Below, in pieces: positions 1-12,639 of a DNA stretch of 64,000 nt. Within the stretch, counting starts at the first letter, position 1, and every line of letters starts with the position of its first letter. The notes under the pieces are model-generated. The model worked only from the letters and a program-made list of their open reading frames with translations, was not told the origin of the DNA and did no database searches. The stretch is from Macrostomum lignano (lineage: Eukaryota), in assembly GCA_002269645.1 (NCBI GenBank), contig NIVC01000262.1:248001-312000 (forward strand). The letters run 5' to 3'. The position numbers and the translations under genes were made by a program.

Positions 1-3000
1 TTACAATGCAAATTGGAGAAAGATGCTGCACACGAGTTGATCAATGGTTGTGCTACCGGATCCAGGGCCAGGGTGGTCTGAAATGCAACGTAGGGTGGTT
101 TACTTTGAATCAGTCGCGCGTTAAGATAGCTCCAAAATTATTTTTGCATCTTATTCACCATGAAATCCTACGTAAAAAACATCGTGTCACCACCCTGTCA
201 CCAGTCTTGTTTCGAGTCAAAAATTTTAGTTGAAGACTTTGGACTAATATTTATAGAAGAAAAATATCTCAATTTTCTTTGCATTGCAGAAGAAATATAT
301 TCCGTAACTATTAATCTTTGTTTTACTGAAAACCGCTTATCAAAAAAAGCACTCGTTTTGATGCAATTCAAATTTTTGTCGGTCACTTAATTTTCCCGTG
401 TTGTCACAGTTTCCAAAGCATGGTGAATTTGTTTGTTTTTCAAATTACCGTAGCTTCACTATTTGACATTGTAGGAACCTCCAAGTAGTCTCAAATTAAA
501 GCTTAAATCTCTCTCTTCAGGACATATATTTCCGTTTTTCTTAACTCTCTTGGTTTTCTAGTTTTTTTATCATATGAAGTTGGTATCATTTAGCTCTTTT
601 TAGCAGATTTTGCTCGGCACGCACAGGTCACGTGACCCTCACCAGAATGCCTAATTGGAATAAGACAGAAATTATTCCTACGGTACTGTGGGGATAAGCA
701 CTGCCTTACTAGTCAAGCTAGAAAAAATTCGGGTGATGTAATAATATGTGCAATCTCGCAAAACATTTACAACCTATTAATAGATCTGCCAAGATTAAGG
801 TATTGCACCATCAGCTTAACTTTTCTGCATGAGAATGCTATGAAAGTTTGATAGGAATGATACCAATAGCTTAATGCAGTCAACTAGCTAGATGCAACTC
901 TAATATTCCCACCTGCTGATCTTTGGCAATTATAATAACATTTATAAACCCTTAGGCCTACCCCCATACCCAGTGCTAGCTGTATTTGCAACCCCTAAAT
1001 TAAAGCCAAGAGAATGCTAGGCAAAAAGAGGCTAAGCCAATGCAATGAAATAATAGGACTAGAAAAATGCAATTCAAAAGGTGATAAAACAAAAGTGCAG
1101 CAGCCAAAAGAAAGCTAAGCCAAAGTCCCATTTCAAATTAGAAAAAGGCGAGGTAGCAAAATTGAACGTGAAAAGGCGTAGTACTGAAAGAACATTCTTA
1201 CTCTTAAGACTAAAATTATCATGGATAAAACCAATGAAAATAAAGACATTAAAATTGGTCCATAATTCTAATTAAATTGATGCTTTTAATTTATAGCGCT
1301 AGGTCTAGGTGATTTTAATGCCGAGGCATTAATTCAATAACAAGCTGTGCTTTTAAACTCACCAATGCAGAACTGTAGAATTCATAGAATTTTCCATTCT
1401 AATTCCAAACGTCTGGAAAGCCGTAGCGAGGGAGAGGGAGAAGACAGTGACAAAAGTAAGTGTGGATGTAGTGTAGATACTAGACAGTTTATAGAAAGGC
1501 GCTTGTGCATGCACGGGAGAGGTGGCTGGACTCCGTGAAGGGTGTGGGCAACTCGGATTGGCGGAGAGGGAGAGAGGCGAAGAGGGAAATAAGAGGAGGG
1601 CTTAGTTGGCTGTTTTGGCCTTCTGTCTGTGTTTGCTCTGAATTATAATAGACGTCCTACCTTCCCGATACGAGCGTATGAGAATGATCAATAGAATTCT
1701 AGAATATCTAACCTGGGGCTGGAAGGCTTTTTCTTGTTTCAAGGCCAAACAGTCTCGTCCTCCACCCCCGTGATCTTGTCGGAAGAACTTGGTAGGGGAG
1801 GGGGGGTTGATATTTCAGTCACGTTTCATATGTGTGCATTGTGCACATGACTCAGCCCCATATTTTTTCAGTTCGTCTAGGGGACCTTATGCCAATGGCA
1901 AGAAAAGCACACAAAATATGCGGCGTTAAAATTGGCCTTGGTTAAAATTGGTTAAAATGGCCTTGTTTAAAATTGGCCTTCTGCATGGGAATCTGGGTTG
2001 ACTTGGTCACTGGACCCTGATAAATGTAGTTATTTCGTGGGCTCGGAGTTCTATGGCATAAGATCCCCATGTTCAGGTTCGGGTTCGGGATACGTCTGCT
2101 CTGCTACGAGCTAGCATGCTAATTAATTAATTAATCTGTCCAAATCCAAATTCAAAACCAAGAACTCTACCGAGACCACTCTAAAAAGAGGTTCACTGAG
2201 CCACTGTCAGCCACAACAACCACATTAATAATTGAAATTTGCAACTGGCTTTCTGGGTGAGAAGCAACTACTCGTAAAATTTGCTGCGAGGAATTGAGAA
2301 TCATGAGAATAATTATTGTACCATGACCTTTGTGCCCGCTGGTCACTTATTCTTGCCTTTTAATGCCATAAACTACATTTAAGCCCGCTTGCAGGAGTCA
2401 CACTTACTTTAATGCAAATTAGCTGGCATTAATGACATTTAACGCCCGATTGTCTATTTCAAACTTACTCTAATGCCCCACTTTGTCAAGGACACAAATG
2501 TCTATGGCACAATAATAGTAATATACCCATGCTTTTAGGGCGTTAATGGGAAAATCAGAGGGCGCCGTTAGAGTCATTAATGTACTAATGAGAATGACGC
2601 CAAAAATGGGAACCATAGATACAAAATGAGAATCGTGGCGCCAAAGTAAGATTGAGTGTGAGGGAGTGAGGGACTGACTGAAGATGGAGACTTCATTTCA
2701 GTATCTTGCATTAGTTGTAAAAAGGTCGTGTAGCGTATGGTTAACCCACAGTCACACACACACACAGACATAGCTAGCCTTAGCAAACCCCCCCAAGAGT
2801 CCAAGCCCGAGGGGAGAGGAGAGGCGCAGACTGTACATTAACCCCACCACCATATATGGAAACTATATTATATTATAAACGCTGGGACGCAGTGTACACT
2901 GGGAAGAAAGTACGCTACACAGAGGGTGAGGGAGAGAGATAAAGAGATCGAGGGAGTTCTAGCTGTACAAGCCAAACCTGAACTGCGACAAAAAACACAC

Positions 3001-3384
3001 GTTCTCTCTTGCATGAATTGGTATTTAATTCTGACTCAAAGCCGCTTTAAAGGGGCTTTACAACTTACAAGGGATACTTGCTAGTTGCCACGTTAGAGTT
3101 AGAGACAGAGTAATTGTTAGCCTTAGCTAGCTACAGCTCTCTTAAAACTTTATAATACCGGGTATAATACAAGTAAAACAATAATATAATATACGCCATT
3201 GCCCATGACTCATTGGTTAAATACAGACCTGTTTAATGATTTGTAATTACTGCCTTAAAAATTTAGATTCTAGAATATGCTATGGATTATGGAATACATA
3301 TTCTAAAAGAATTTTAAAAAATTAATAGAATTCTCTTGTCTTACGCTATTTCAGTTTTCTGCGTGCTCTATGGTCTCTCTTTCT

Positions 3385-4290
3385 CTCTATGATCTCCTCT
3401 CTATGATCTCTTTCCTTCTCTATGATCTATCTTACCCTCTATGATCTCTTTACTTCTCTATGATCTCTCTTGCCCTCTCTATGATCTCTCTTGCCCTCTC
3501 TACAATCTCTCCTGCCCTCTCTACGATCTCTCTTGCCCTCTCTATGATCTCTCTTGCCCTCTCTACGATCTCTCTTGCCCTCTCTATGATCTCTCTTGCC
3601 CATCTCTATGATCTCTCTTGCCCATCTCTATGATCTCTCTTGCCCCTCTCTATGATCTCTCTTGCCCTCTCTATGATCTCTCTTGCCCATCTCTATGATC
3701 TCTCTTGCCCATCTCTATGATCTCTCTTGCCCATCTCTATGATCTCTCTTGCCCATCTCTATGATCTCTCTTGCCCCTCTCTATGATCTCTCTTGCCCAT
3801 CTCTATGATCTCTCTTGCCCCTCTCTATGATCTCTCTTGCCCATCTCTATGATCTCTCTTGCCCCTCTCTATGATCTCTTTCCTTCTCTATGATCTCTCT
3901 TGCCCTCTCTATGATCTCTCTTGCCCCTCTCTATGATCCCTTTCCTTCTCTATGATCTCTCTTGCCCTCTCTACGATCTCTCTTGCCCCTCTCTATGATC
4001 TCTCTTGCCCTCTCTACGATCTCTCTTGCCCTCTCTATGATCTCTCTTGCCCTCTCTACGATCTCTCTTGCCCCTCTCTATGATCTCTCTTGCCCATCTC
4101 TACGATCTCTCTTGCCCCTCTCTATGATCTCTCGTGCCCCTCTCTATGATCTCTCTTGCCCATCTCTATGATCTCTCTTGCCCATCTCTATGATCTCTCT
4201 TGCCCCTCTCTATGATCTCTTGCCCTCTCTACGATCTCTCTTGCCCATCTCTATGATCTCTCTTGCCCCTCTCTATGATCTCTTTCCTTC
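3385..4290. repeat. Pyrimidine-rich minisatellite, 21-22 bp unit (CTCTCTATGATCTCTCTTGCC)
   Basis: Tandem copies read directly from the sequence; ends approximate. Confidence 0.95.
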
Positions 4291-5222
4291 TCTCTATGTA
4301 GTATCTGCAGCTGAGAATCTTGTCAGGCGAAAATCATTACTCCGGCTGTCCTGCTTTGATTTATTAGTATTTTAAGCATTCAGGCTAGTGAGTAGGCTAG
4401 TGGCTAGAGGGCTGAAGGGATGCGAAACAGAAGCTGCTGTCTGCAGGCAGAGATTGAAGGTGTAATCATTTACGTTCTGAATGCATATGGTACTCGCAGA
4501 CTGATGTAGTTTTTATTCTAAAACCTGCGTGCACACAGCCTAAAGGAATAGAATTCCCGATCCCTTCTTATTTTTTGCGATCACAGCGATTGGCAGAAGG
4601 GAATCAAATGATTGTGATGAGGACGCACTTTTTTTCAAATTTCACGCTTGCACATGGGTTCCAAACTTGCTAGCCTACTAACAGCAGGCTGTGGGCATTT
4701 TTCTCCCTCTTGCAATTTTTCTAGAATTCATACTAGTAGGACTTCTGTAGGTAGCTATATTAATCTGCCATACCTGTAGTTATAATAACAAAGGCGCGGT
4801 TTTTTGCTGCTTTTTGGTCATAAATCATTGCGTTTGAGCTGGTCTGACAGCCACCTGCGCCTCACTTAATGCTGAGGCTGGCGCCAGATGGTCTGAGAGG
4901 ATGCGGGCGGTAGCTTTTTTTCTCATCATTTTGACAGGCCATCAAGATTTATGAGGTCAGGGCCTATTGTTCGTGTTCACGCAAGCGTGTGACAGTTTTG
5001 ACAGCTATGCTTTTTACCCCTAAAAGTACTTTGGGATTAGCGATTAGCGATTTCTCTTCATTATATTCTTTCTGCTTAATAAGAGCTTTCTAATGTATAT
5101 TTTTTCATTAATTTCTGTCATTCCTACGCGAAAGGTCATGAATCATTTTTTGCGATTTTGATTGACTTATGGCCGCACCTGTCATATTTTTACGACCCCG
5201 AGGGAACTGATAGGATCTCCCG

Positions 5223-5355
5223 GTCACGTGACTTTGGGTGGCAACAAGCTCAGCCAATCAGAAAATTCGACGCTCATTTTAACAAATCGGCTCAGCCAAT
5301 CAGAATCGACGTGTTCCATTATAACAAGCTGCGGTCCAGTTGGCGGCTATTTAAA
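5223..5355 (+). promoter_or_regulatory. Promoter-like cluster: palindromic E-box, two CCAAT boxes, TATA-like element
   Basis: GTCACGTGAC at 5223-5232; CTCAGCCAATCAGAA twice (CCAAT at 5254 and 5296, 42 bp apart); TATTTAAA at 5348-5355. No downstream gene firmly identified. Confidence 0.4.
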
Positions 5356-6511
5356 CCGGTGTTTTTGGCCCGCTCGGACCTCAACCGGTTCAACTCCTGC
5401 AACCCTTTCTGGAGACCGGCCAGGAACTTGCTCTTTCTCTGGCCCGACCGTCGTTTCTTGATCCCCGGATTGCGACTCCCCCATCATCATCAAGGACGAA
5501 TCCCCCCGGTCATCAGCAGTGAACATCAAAGTTGAGAGCATCACTGCTAGCCATCAGCGAAGATTGTGACATCAGCATCATCCCGGGTCTACAGCTACAG
5601 AGCATCAAGCCGATTCGGTCACTGTGGATTTCCTGGTCTCCGGCTGTTGAGTTTCTGATTGGTTGGGTGAGAGGCTACCTAGACTTGCTTGATTGGGTGA
5701 ATCCCTATCTGTCCCCTGTTTCAGTAGCTGGATTAGGCGCACACTTTTGCTCATTTTGTTCAGCAGTGCTGTTACTGAGGCAGAAATCATTCAATAATAC
5801 TGCTAGTAGTCTGAAACTCTGAAACTCACTTTTCGCAAAGTAGAAAATCACTTTTTGCTACTTTTTCAGTGGCAAACATCTGCGTCATGCTTATTAACTG
5901 TGTGTTTCAATAACAACTTCGCGTTTCACACACTCCAAAAAGAACTAAAATTAAAGCTACTATTGTCAATCAAAAAAGCCTGTTGCTTTATTCACCAATC
6001 TAATTTGATAAATCAAAAACTGGCAATCCGCTGAGTCAGTCTTCTTCCAATGCTTTGATTGAGATGCTTTCCGTTTTCACATTCTGAGAAAGCAGCCAGC
6101 TGATAAGGATTGCCGGGACATTTGATGATTTGGTAGACCCGCTAGCTCCACCTCTTCTGCAGAATAATTATCTTTCTCTTTTGTACTGGAATGTTCCGGC
6201 AGCTCAACATAAGCTCGTGGCTAAAAACTTAAAAAAAACGGATTTAGCGTTAGTTTGAGCACCGAGTGATTTTTTTCCAAAACGTAGGATATAATTCGCG
6301 CAACACATTTCTTTTCGGGCTATTAGATTAGCTCGTGCACTGATATTCATGGCATGACGCTTGTACGGGTACATTTAATGACAGTCTATCATCGATTTAT
6401 TCTTAGACTGCATCTTATCTGCCCCTACAGGATGTATGATATATGAGCAAAATGCTTTTGTTAAAGATTTTTCCTGATTCGTTGATGGATAGAGAGTTTA
6501 ATTAATTGAAA

Positions 6512-7285
6512 CATAGACAAAAGGGAACAATACTCAATACAGATTTCCCTATCCCAACCATAGACAAAAGGGAACAATACTCAATACAGATTTCCCTATC
6601 CCAACCATAGACAAAAGGGAACAATACTCAATACAGATTTCCCTATCCCAACCATAGACAAAAGGGAACAATACTCAATACAGATTTCCCTATCCCAACC
6701 ATAGACAAAAGGGGAACAATACTCAATACAGATTTCCTTATCCCAACCATAGACAAAAGGGAACAATACTCAATACAGATTTCCCTATCCCAACCATAGA
6801 CAAAAGGGAACAATACTCAATACAGATTTCCCTATCCCAACCATAGACAAAAGGGGAACAATACTCAATACAGATTTCCTTATCCCAACCATAGACAAAA
6901 GGGAACAATACTCAATACAGATTTCCCTATCCCAACCATAGACAAAAGGGAACAATACTCAATACAGATTTCCCTATCCCAACCATAGACAAAAGGGAAC
7001 AATACTCAATACAGATTTCCCTATCCCAACCATAGACAAAAGGGAACAATACTCAATACAGATTTCCCTATCCCAACCATAGACAAAAGGGAACAATACT
7101 CAATACAGATTTCCCTATCCCAACCATAGACAAAAGGGAACAATACTCAATACAGATTTCCCTATCCCAACCATAGACAAAAGGGAACAATACTCAATAC
7201 AGATTTCCGTATCCCAACCATAGACAAAAGGGAACAATACTCAATACAGATTTCCGTATCCCAACCATAGACAAAAGGGAACAAT
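6512..7285. repeat. 47-bp minisatellite, about 16 near-identical copies
   Basis: Unit CATAGACAAAAGGGAACAATACTCAATACAGATTTCCCTATCCCAAC. Confidence 0.97.
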
Positions 7286-7291
7286 CCACAG

Positions 7292-7504
7292 ACGCGATGG
7301 GAAAAAGGCAAACAAATTGATAATTCGGACATCAGCACAAAGATATGCCAGCAGCAACCTCTCATACGAATAAAAATCATGCTTAAACATCGACTGCCAT
7401 GCAGTAAAGATCATAACTACGATCGCATTTCAGAGATATCAAAATTAGCTGGCGACCCAAATTTGCTGGGTGAACTTTTGCACCAACTTAAACAGATGTA
7501 CTAG
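7292..7504 (+). CDS. Possible terminal coding exon of an unidentified gene (70 aa)
   Basis: CAG acceptor at 7289-7291 directly after the 47-bp array, then an open frame TRWEKGKQIDNSDISTKICQQQPLIRIKIMLKHRLPCSKDHNYDRISEISKLAGDPNLLGELLHQLKQMY*. No homology recognised. Confidence 0.3.
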   Translation, partial: TRWEKGKQIDNSDISTKICQQQPLIRIKIMLKHRLPCSKDHNYDRISEISKLAGDPNLLGELLHQLKQMY

Positions 7505-8148
7505 TAGCTTAGATAGTGCAAGCAACCATGAGCAGCTTCAAAAGAAATCACCTTCTCGATCTGTGCATCTGGGCAGAAAGATGTCCAGCAGTATTTGCGA
7601 TGCCAGCCAGAGCTCCTTCACAAAGCTTCTTCTTTGGCTGGCTGGCTGACCGGCCAGACTAGCGTTCTGCTTTCGGTTCCCATGATATTGGCTAGATTAG
7701 CAGTTCATTCTATTCCAATTCAACCAATGATACTCGCTAGATTAGCAATCCATTATATTCTAATTCATCCAATGATACCCGCTAGATTAGCAATGCATTT
7801 TATTCCAAAATTATATCCATGATATTAACAACATTAGCAATCCATTATATTCCAATTCAACCAATGATACTCGCTAGATTAGCAATCCATTCTATTCCAA
7901 ATCATCACATGATATTGGCTAGATTAGCAATCCATTCTATTCCAAATCATCACATGATATTGGCTAGATTAGCAATCCATTCTATTCCAAATCATCACAT
8001 GATATTGGCTAGATTAGCAATCCATTCTATTCCAAATCATCACATGATATTGGCTAGATTAGCAATCCATAATATTTCAATTCATCTCCATGATGTTGGC
8101 TAGATTAGCAATCCATTCTATTCCAATTCATCTCCATGATGTTGGCTA

Positions 8149-10157
8149 CTTACTTACTTACTACTGACGGGGGGCGCAGGCGCCGCGAATAGGCCGCGAG
8201 GCCCCTATCGCAACCCCAAGGTAAAAGAGCACAAGGATTAGCCTTGGGGGTGCGCCCAGTCCCCGCCAGCAGTCGGCAGGTCCGCAGTGGAGGCATCGGC
8301 GACCCTCATCCGGCCGGAGTCCCGGACGAAGGCGCGGAGGTCTCGGATATTGTCCGCGGTGGTCAACTCGTCCATCCGCTGGGGGTGGCCGAGGTATTTG
8401 TGCCGCGCCTTGTTGAAGTAAGGGCAGAAGGTGACGTGATGCTCCGCGGTCTCCTCTCCTATGCCACAGAAGGGACAGGTGGGAGGGCAACCGGTTTGCA
8501 ACGATATATGTCTCTGGAAGAATCCATGGCCGGTTAGGACCATGCACATCTCCCTGAGGTCGGTTCTGTTAAGCGAAATCAGATAATCAGAGACTTTCCT
8601 GCTCAGGTTAGGCATGGCAGAGCGGCTCTGCCTGTACTCGGTGCAGCTGTTCCAGTGGAGCTGGTGCTGCTGATGGAGCCACCTGTTGATATGGCGGGTG
8701 ACTTGCGACCTGGGGGTGGGTAGCCTCATCAGACGGTGGTTGCCGTCTGGGTTGCTGCCCTCCTTGGCGAGAGAGTCCGCGAGCTCGTTGCCCAGGATGT
8801 TGCTGTGACCAGGTGTCCAGATAATTCTAATCCTGTTAAGGACCGAGAGAGATTGCACACTGCGGTGGCATTGAGATACTGTAGCAGCGGAGATATTCTC
8901 TGTGGTTAAGGCCTTAATAGCAGCTTGGCTATCAGTGTAGAAATTAATGTCAAAGTTATTAATGTTCGCCTGAAGCAGTTGCTGGGCACACTGCTCAATG
9001 GCGCAAATCTCAGCTTGGAAAACTGAGGTGTTCTCACCGAGGTGCAGACTTTCCTGGAAAAGCATCTTACCCTCGTGGAAAATGGCAATACCCGCTCCAG
9101 CGCGGCCGTTGAACAGCGAGCCGTCGGTGAAGCAGTGAATGCCCTGGCTGCGCCGGTTCACACCGACATCCAGCGGAATGTTGTCTCGGCCAGGGATGGC
9201 GGTCTTGAAGCCCCTCCTGATGTTGAGGGCGGGAGGTCGACTATCCACATTGCCCAGGTCCATGTGGATGTTGTTGAGGTCGCGGCGGACAAAGTCCATA
9301 TGCGGGATTAATGTTTTCATTGGCATAAAGCCAGAGGGTGCGTTATTTAACGTTTTATCTCTGATAAGCCGGGAGGCAGACTTCATAGCCTCCGCCCTAA
9401 TAAATAGGTGAAGCGGAGGCAGGTTAAGGATAGTGTTCAGCCCCTCGTAAGGGGTGGACGGGTACGCACCTGTGATGGCACGGCAAATGCTGCCCTGAAG
9501 CTGGTACAGCCGCTGACGGGCGGCCTTCTGCTCCAGCACGCTAGTCCAGATGAGACTCGCGTATGTGATACTGGGCCGGATGATGCCGGTATAAATCCAA
9601 CGGACCGTTCTAGGCGAGAGGCCCCAAGTCGGCCCGATGGCTCTGCGCAGCTGGGCAAAGCAGCGTTTTGCCCGACCGATGACGTTATCAAGGTGCTTCG
9701 TCCAGCGCAGGTCATGCGTTAGCGTCACACCGAGGTATTTGACCTCGGTCTTGAAGGGGATGTTTCTGCCATAGACAGTGAGGTTTTTCATCTCCCACTT
9801 ACGGCGCTTGGTGAAAACGACAGCGACAGTCTTGGTGACGCTGATATTTAGGCCATGCTGTGTAGCCCAGTCGGCCGCCTTGTCGGCGAATTGCTGCATC
9901 AGGTTGCGCAGAGTGGCGGGGTCGGGTCCGCTGACGACCGCGGCAACGTCATCGGCGTAGCCCGCCCTGGTGATACTGCTGGGAATGTCAGCGGTTAGAA
10001 GTTCGTCCATGACGAGATTCCAAAGAAGTGGAGTTAGCACGCCACCTTGCGGGCCGCCTTTCATCACCGCCCGGGTGAGGGTAACGCCCATAAGTGTGGA
10101 TGTCACAAACCTTTTGCGGATCATAAAATAAATCCAGCGAACAATGCTGTGTCTAAC
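8149..10157 (-). mobile_element. 5'-truncated non-LTR retrotransposon (RT + RNase H + CCHC; I/LOA/R1-group-like)
   Basis: ATGTTGGCTA flanks both ends (8139-8148, 10158-10167). The 3' tail is (AGTA/TAAG)n at about 8149-8165. The reading frame is open right up to the 5' junction ([15 protein letters not shown]). Confidence 0.93.
8238..10157 (-). CDS. LINE ORF2 C-terminal part: reverse transcriptase, RNase H, CCHC zinc knuckle
   Basis: RT motifs [25 protein letters not shown]. RNase H motifs [39 protein letters not shown]. Zinc knuckle [18 protein letters not shown]. No stops or frameshifts. Confidence 0.95.
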   Translation of the reverse strand, partial: VRHSIVRWIYFMIRKRFVTSTLMGVTLTRAVMKGGPQGGVLTPLLWNLVMDELLTADIPSSITRAGYADDVAAVVSGPDPATLRNLMQQFADKAADWATQHGLNISVTKTVAVVFTKRRKWEMKNLTVYGRNIPFKTEVKYLGVTLTHDLRWTKHLDNVIGRAKRCFAQLRRAIGPTWGLSPRTVRWIYTGIIRPSITYASLIWTSVLEQKAARQRLYQLQGSICRAITGAYPSTPYEGLNTILNLPPLHLFIRAEAMKSASRLIRDKTLNNAPSGFMPMKTLIPHMDFVRRDLNNIHMDLGNVDSRPPALNIRRGFKTAIPGRDNIPLDVGVNRRSQGIHCFTDGSLFNGRAGAGIAIFHEGKMLFQESLHLGENTSVFQAEICAIEQCAQQLLQANINNFDINFYTDSQAAIKALTTENISAATVSQCHRSVQSLSVLNRIRIIWTPGHSNILGNELADSLAKEGSNPDGNHRLMRLPTPRSQVTRHINRWLHQQHQLHWNSCTEYRQSRSAMPNLSRKVSDYLISLNRTDLREMCMVLTGHGFFQRHISLQTGCPPTCPFCGIGEETAEHHVTFCPYFNKARHKYLGHPQRMDELTTADNIRDLRAFVRDSGRMRVADASTADLPTAGGDWAHPQG

Positions 10158-11144
10158 ATGTTGGCTAGATTAGCAATCCATAATATTCCAATTCATCTCC
10201 ATGATGTTGGCTAGATTAGCAATCCATAATATTCCAATTCATCTCCATGATGTTGGCTAGATTAGCAATCCATTCTATTCCAATTCATCACATAATGTTG
10301 GCTAGATTAACAATCCATAATATTCCAATTCATCACATAATGTTGGCTAGATTAGCAATCCATAATATTCCAATTCATCTCCATGATGTTGGCTAGATTA
10401 ACAATCCATAATATTCCAATTCATCTCCATGATGTTGGCTAGATTAGCAATCCATTCTATTCCAATTCATCTCCATGATGTTGGCTAGATTAGCAATCCA
10501 TTCTATTCCAATTCATCTCCATGATATTGGCTAGATTAGCAATCCATTCTATTCCAATTCATCTCATGATATTGGCTAGATTAGCAATCCATTCTACTGA
10601 CTTATTTAACTAATTTAGTCAATAAATACATTTTGACCAAGTAAATGCAAGACTTAGCAAAACAATTTTTTCAACTTAAAAATATTTTGTTGATTCAGAC
10701 GAATAGAATCTCGATAGTCGTAATGATAAATGACTCGCGCAATTAGGCAAATATATTATTGCATTGAAAATAAACTATTATTTCAATATACAACATATAA
10801 ATTGAAAAAAAAGTTCTGCACTGAAGAGGGGCAGGTTGCGATGTTAAAAAGTTGACATAAACAAAGGAGATCTGCTTCAAAACAGGGCTACAATTATACA
10901 TTTAAGCATTGTGCAGTGCTAACAGCCAAGAATACTAAACACTAAAAACCTGCTCATGATTACTGTTAGTACGCACACAGGGTGTAGTGACACAAAGGTT
11001 GAAGCACATGCACAAAAAACTTGCAGACTAATTGATATTCGCTTGCATATAACAACAGACTAGAGTGTAAAAAAGCAGAAAAAAGCATGAAATTTACGTC
11101 TCAAATAGCATACGATTCAGAATCTGTTTAGGGAATTTTGCATT

Positions 11145-11685
11145 CAAGATGGGGAATCCAATAATATTCAGGATGGGAGAATAACATACTCAGAATGGGG
11201 AATCCAATATTCAGGATGGGGAATCCAATATTCAGAATGGGGAATCCAATATTCAGAATGGGGAATCCAATATTCAGAATGGGGAATCCAATACTCAGGA
11301 TGGGGAATCCAATATTCAGGATGGGGAATCCAATATTCAGGATGGGGAATCCAATACTCAGGATGGGGAATCCAATATTCAGGATGGGGAATCCGATACT
11401 TAGGATTAGCAAACCAATATTCAGAATGGGGAATCCAATATTCAGGATAGGGAATCTAATGCTCAGGATGGGGCACCCTATATCCAGGATGGGGAATCCA
11501 ATACTCAGGATGGGGAATCCAATACTCAGGATGGGGCACCCTATACCCAGGATGGGGAATCCAATACTCAGGATGGGGAATCCAATACTCAGGATGGGGC
11601 ACCCTATACCCAGGATGGGGAATCCAATACTCAGGATGGGGAATCCAATACTCAGGATGGGGCACCCTATACCCAGGATGGGGAT
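11145..11685. repeat. 21-bp minisatellite (GGATGGGGAATCCAATATTCA)
   Basis: Tandem copies; source of the spurious MGNPIFR repeat ORFs. Confidence 0.95.
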
Positions 11686-12137
11686 AGGCATTTCCAGTGT
11701 AAATTTTATATATATTTAAGCATTTAATTTGCAGATTTAACAGCGTCTATTTTTTTATAAAAATCAGTATCGACCTGCGATGGAGGCAATCACTGACGTG
11801 AAACACAACAGCAACAAGATAAGCAACAGCGCGAATTGAAAACTGAAAAAATAATATTTATATAAGAGTAAGAGCTGTTTGAAATGGATTGCACATCTAT
11901 TTTGAATCTAGATTAATTTATTAAGGATTCTTTAGCGACACAGAATCTCTTATTTTCTCAGACAGTCTGTATAAAAGTGGTACGGTCACATTTCGACCCT
12001 TCATTCTGACACGTTGATGTGACCGTCAAATAAACCAGTGTCACATTATTAACAGGCGGTCGCATCACGGGTGGTGACACTTGAAGGTCACCAAAAAATT
12101 GTGGCCATCACACTTTTATAACAGGGAAATCTGTTGT

Positions 12138-12242
12138 TTAGGTGTTAAGCGGTTGCGGCTGCTGCTGGTGCACCAGGGGATAAAATACTTCGGCATCTTC
12201 ATCGTCCACCGAAGACGGGCTCTCAGCTCTAATAGGAACCGT
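12138..12242 (-). CDS. Candidate terminal exon of the RING E3 ligase gene
   Basis: Acceptor TACTTTGCAG, phase 0 (matches the phase-0 donor at 19705). Reads TVPIRAESPSSVDDEDAEVFYPLVHQQQPQPLNT*, compositionally like other exons in the window. Linkage is inferred only. Confidence 0.4.
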   Translation of the reverse strand, partial: TVPIRAESPSSVDDEDAEVFYPLVHQQQPQPLNT

Positions 12243-12639
12243 CTGCAAAGTATTAGCGAGGAAACATATTACTAAAACTGAACAGTGCGCCCTAAAAAGG
12301 GCCGTTTGAAGTCTAAACAAAAATAAAACTGAAAAATATTACAGAACATGTTTTGATAAAGAAGATTTTTACTATTTTAGTCTTTCACCCCAATAATACG
12401 AACAGATGGGGCCGCCATGAATGAAAAATATGCCAAAGTAGAATCATGGTTCGCTTTTCTACTAAGTTGCCCTAGGAAGGGCCGTTTTAATTGTGCTCAG
12501 AAATTTTAAGATTCTGCTGCCAGGGTTGTCGGCACTGGTGGGGGGGGGGGGGGCGAACATGCCAATGCTTTGCCCCCCCACCTCCCTTGTGAGCCGTTGT
12601 GGAAATCTATAATATTGCTCAGGGCGCCAAAATTCAGAG

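Larger units (their letters stand above)
7680..10597. repeat. 45-bp minisatellite split into 7680-8148 and 10158-10597 by a LINE insertion
   Basis: Unit ATGAT(A/G)TTGGCTAGATTAGCAATCCATTCTATTCCAA(A/T)TCATC(A/T)C occurs on both sides of the retroelement. Confidence 0.95.

Noticed and set aside
6512-7285. CRISPR-like appearance of the 45-48 bp arrays
   Set aside because: Units are contiguous with no unique spacers, there are no cas genes, and the context is eukaryotic.
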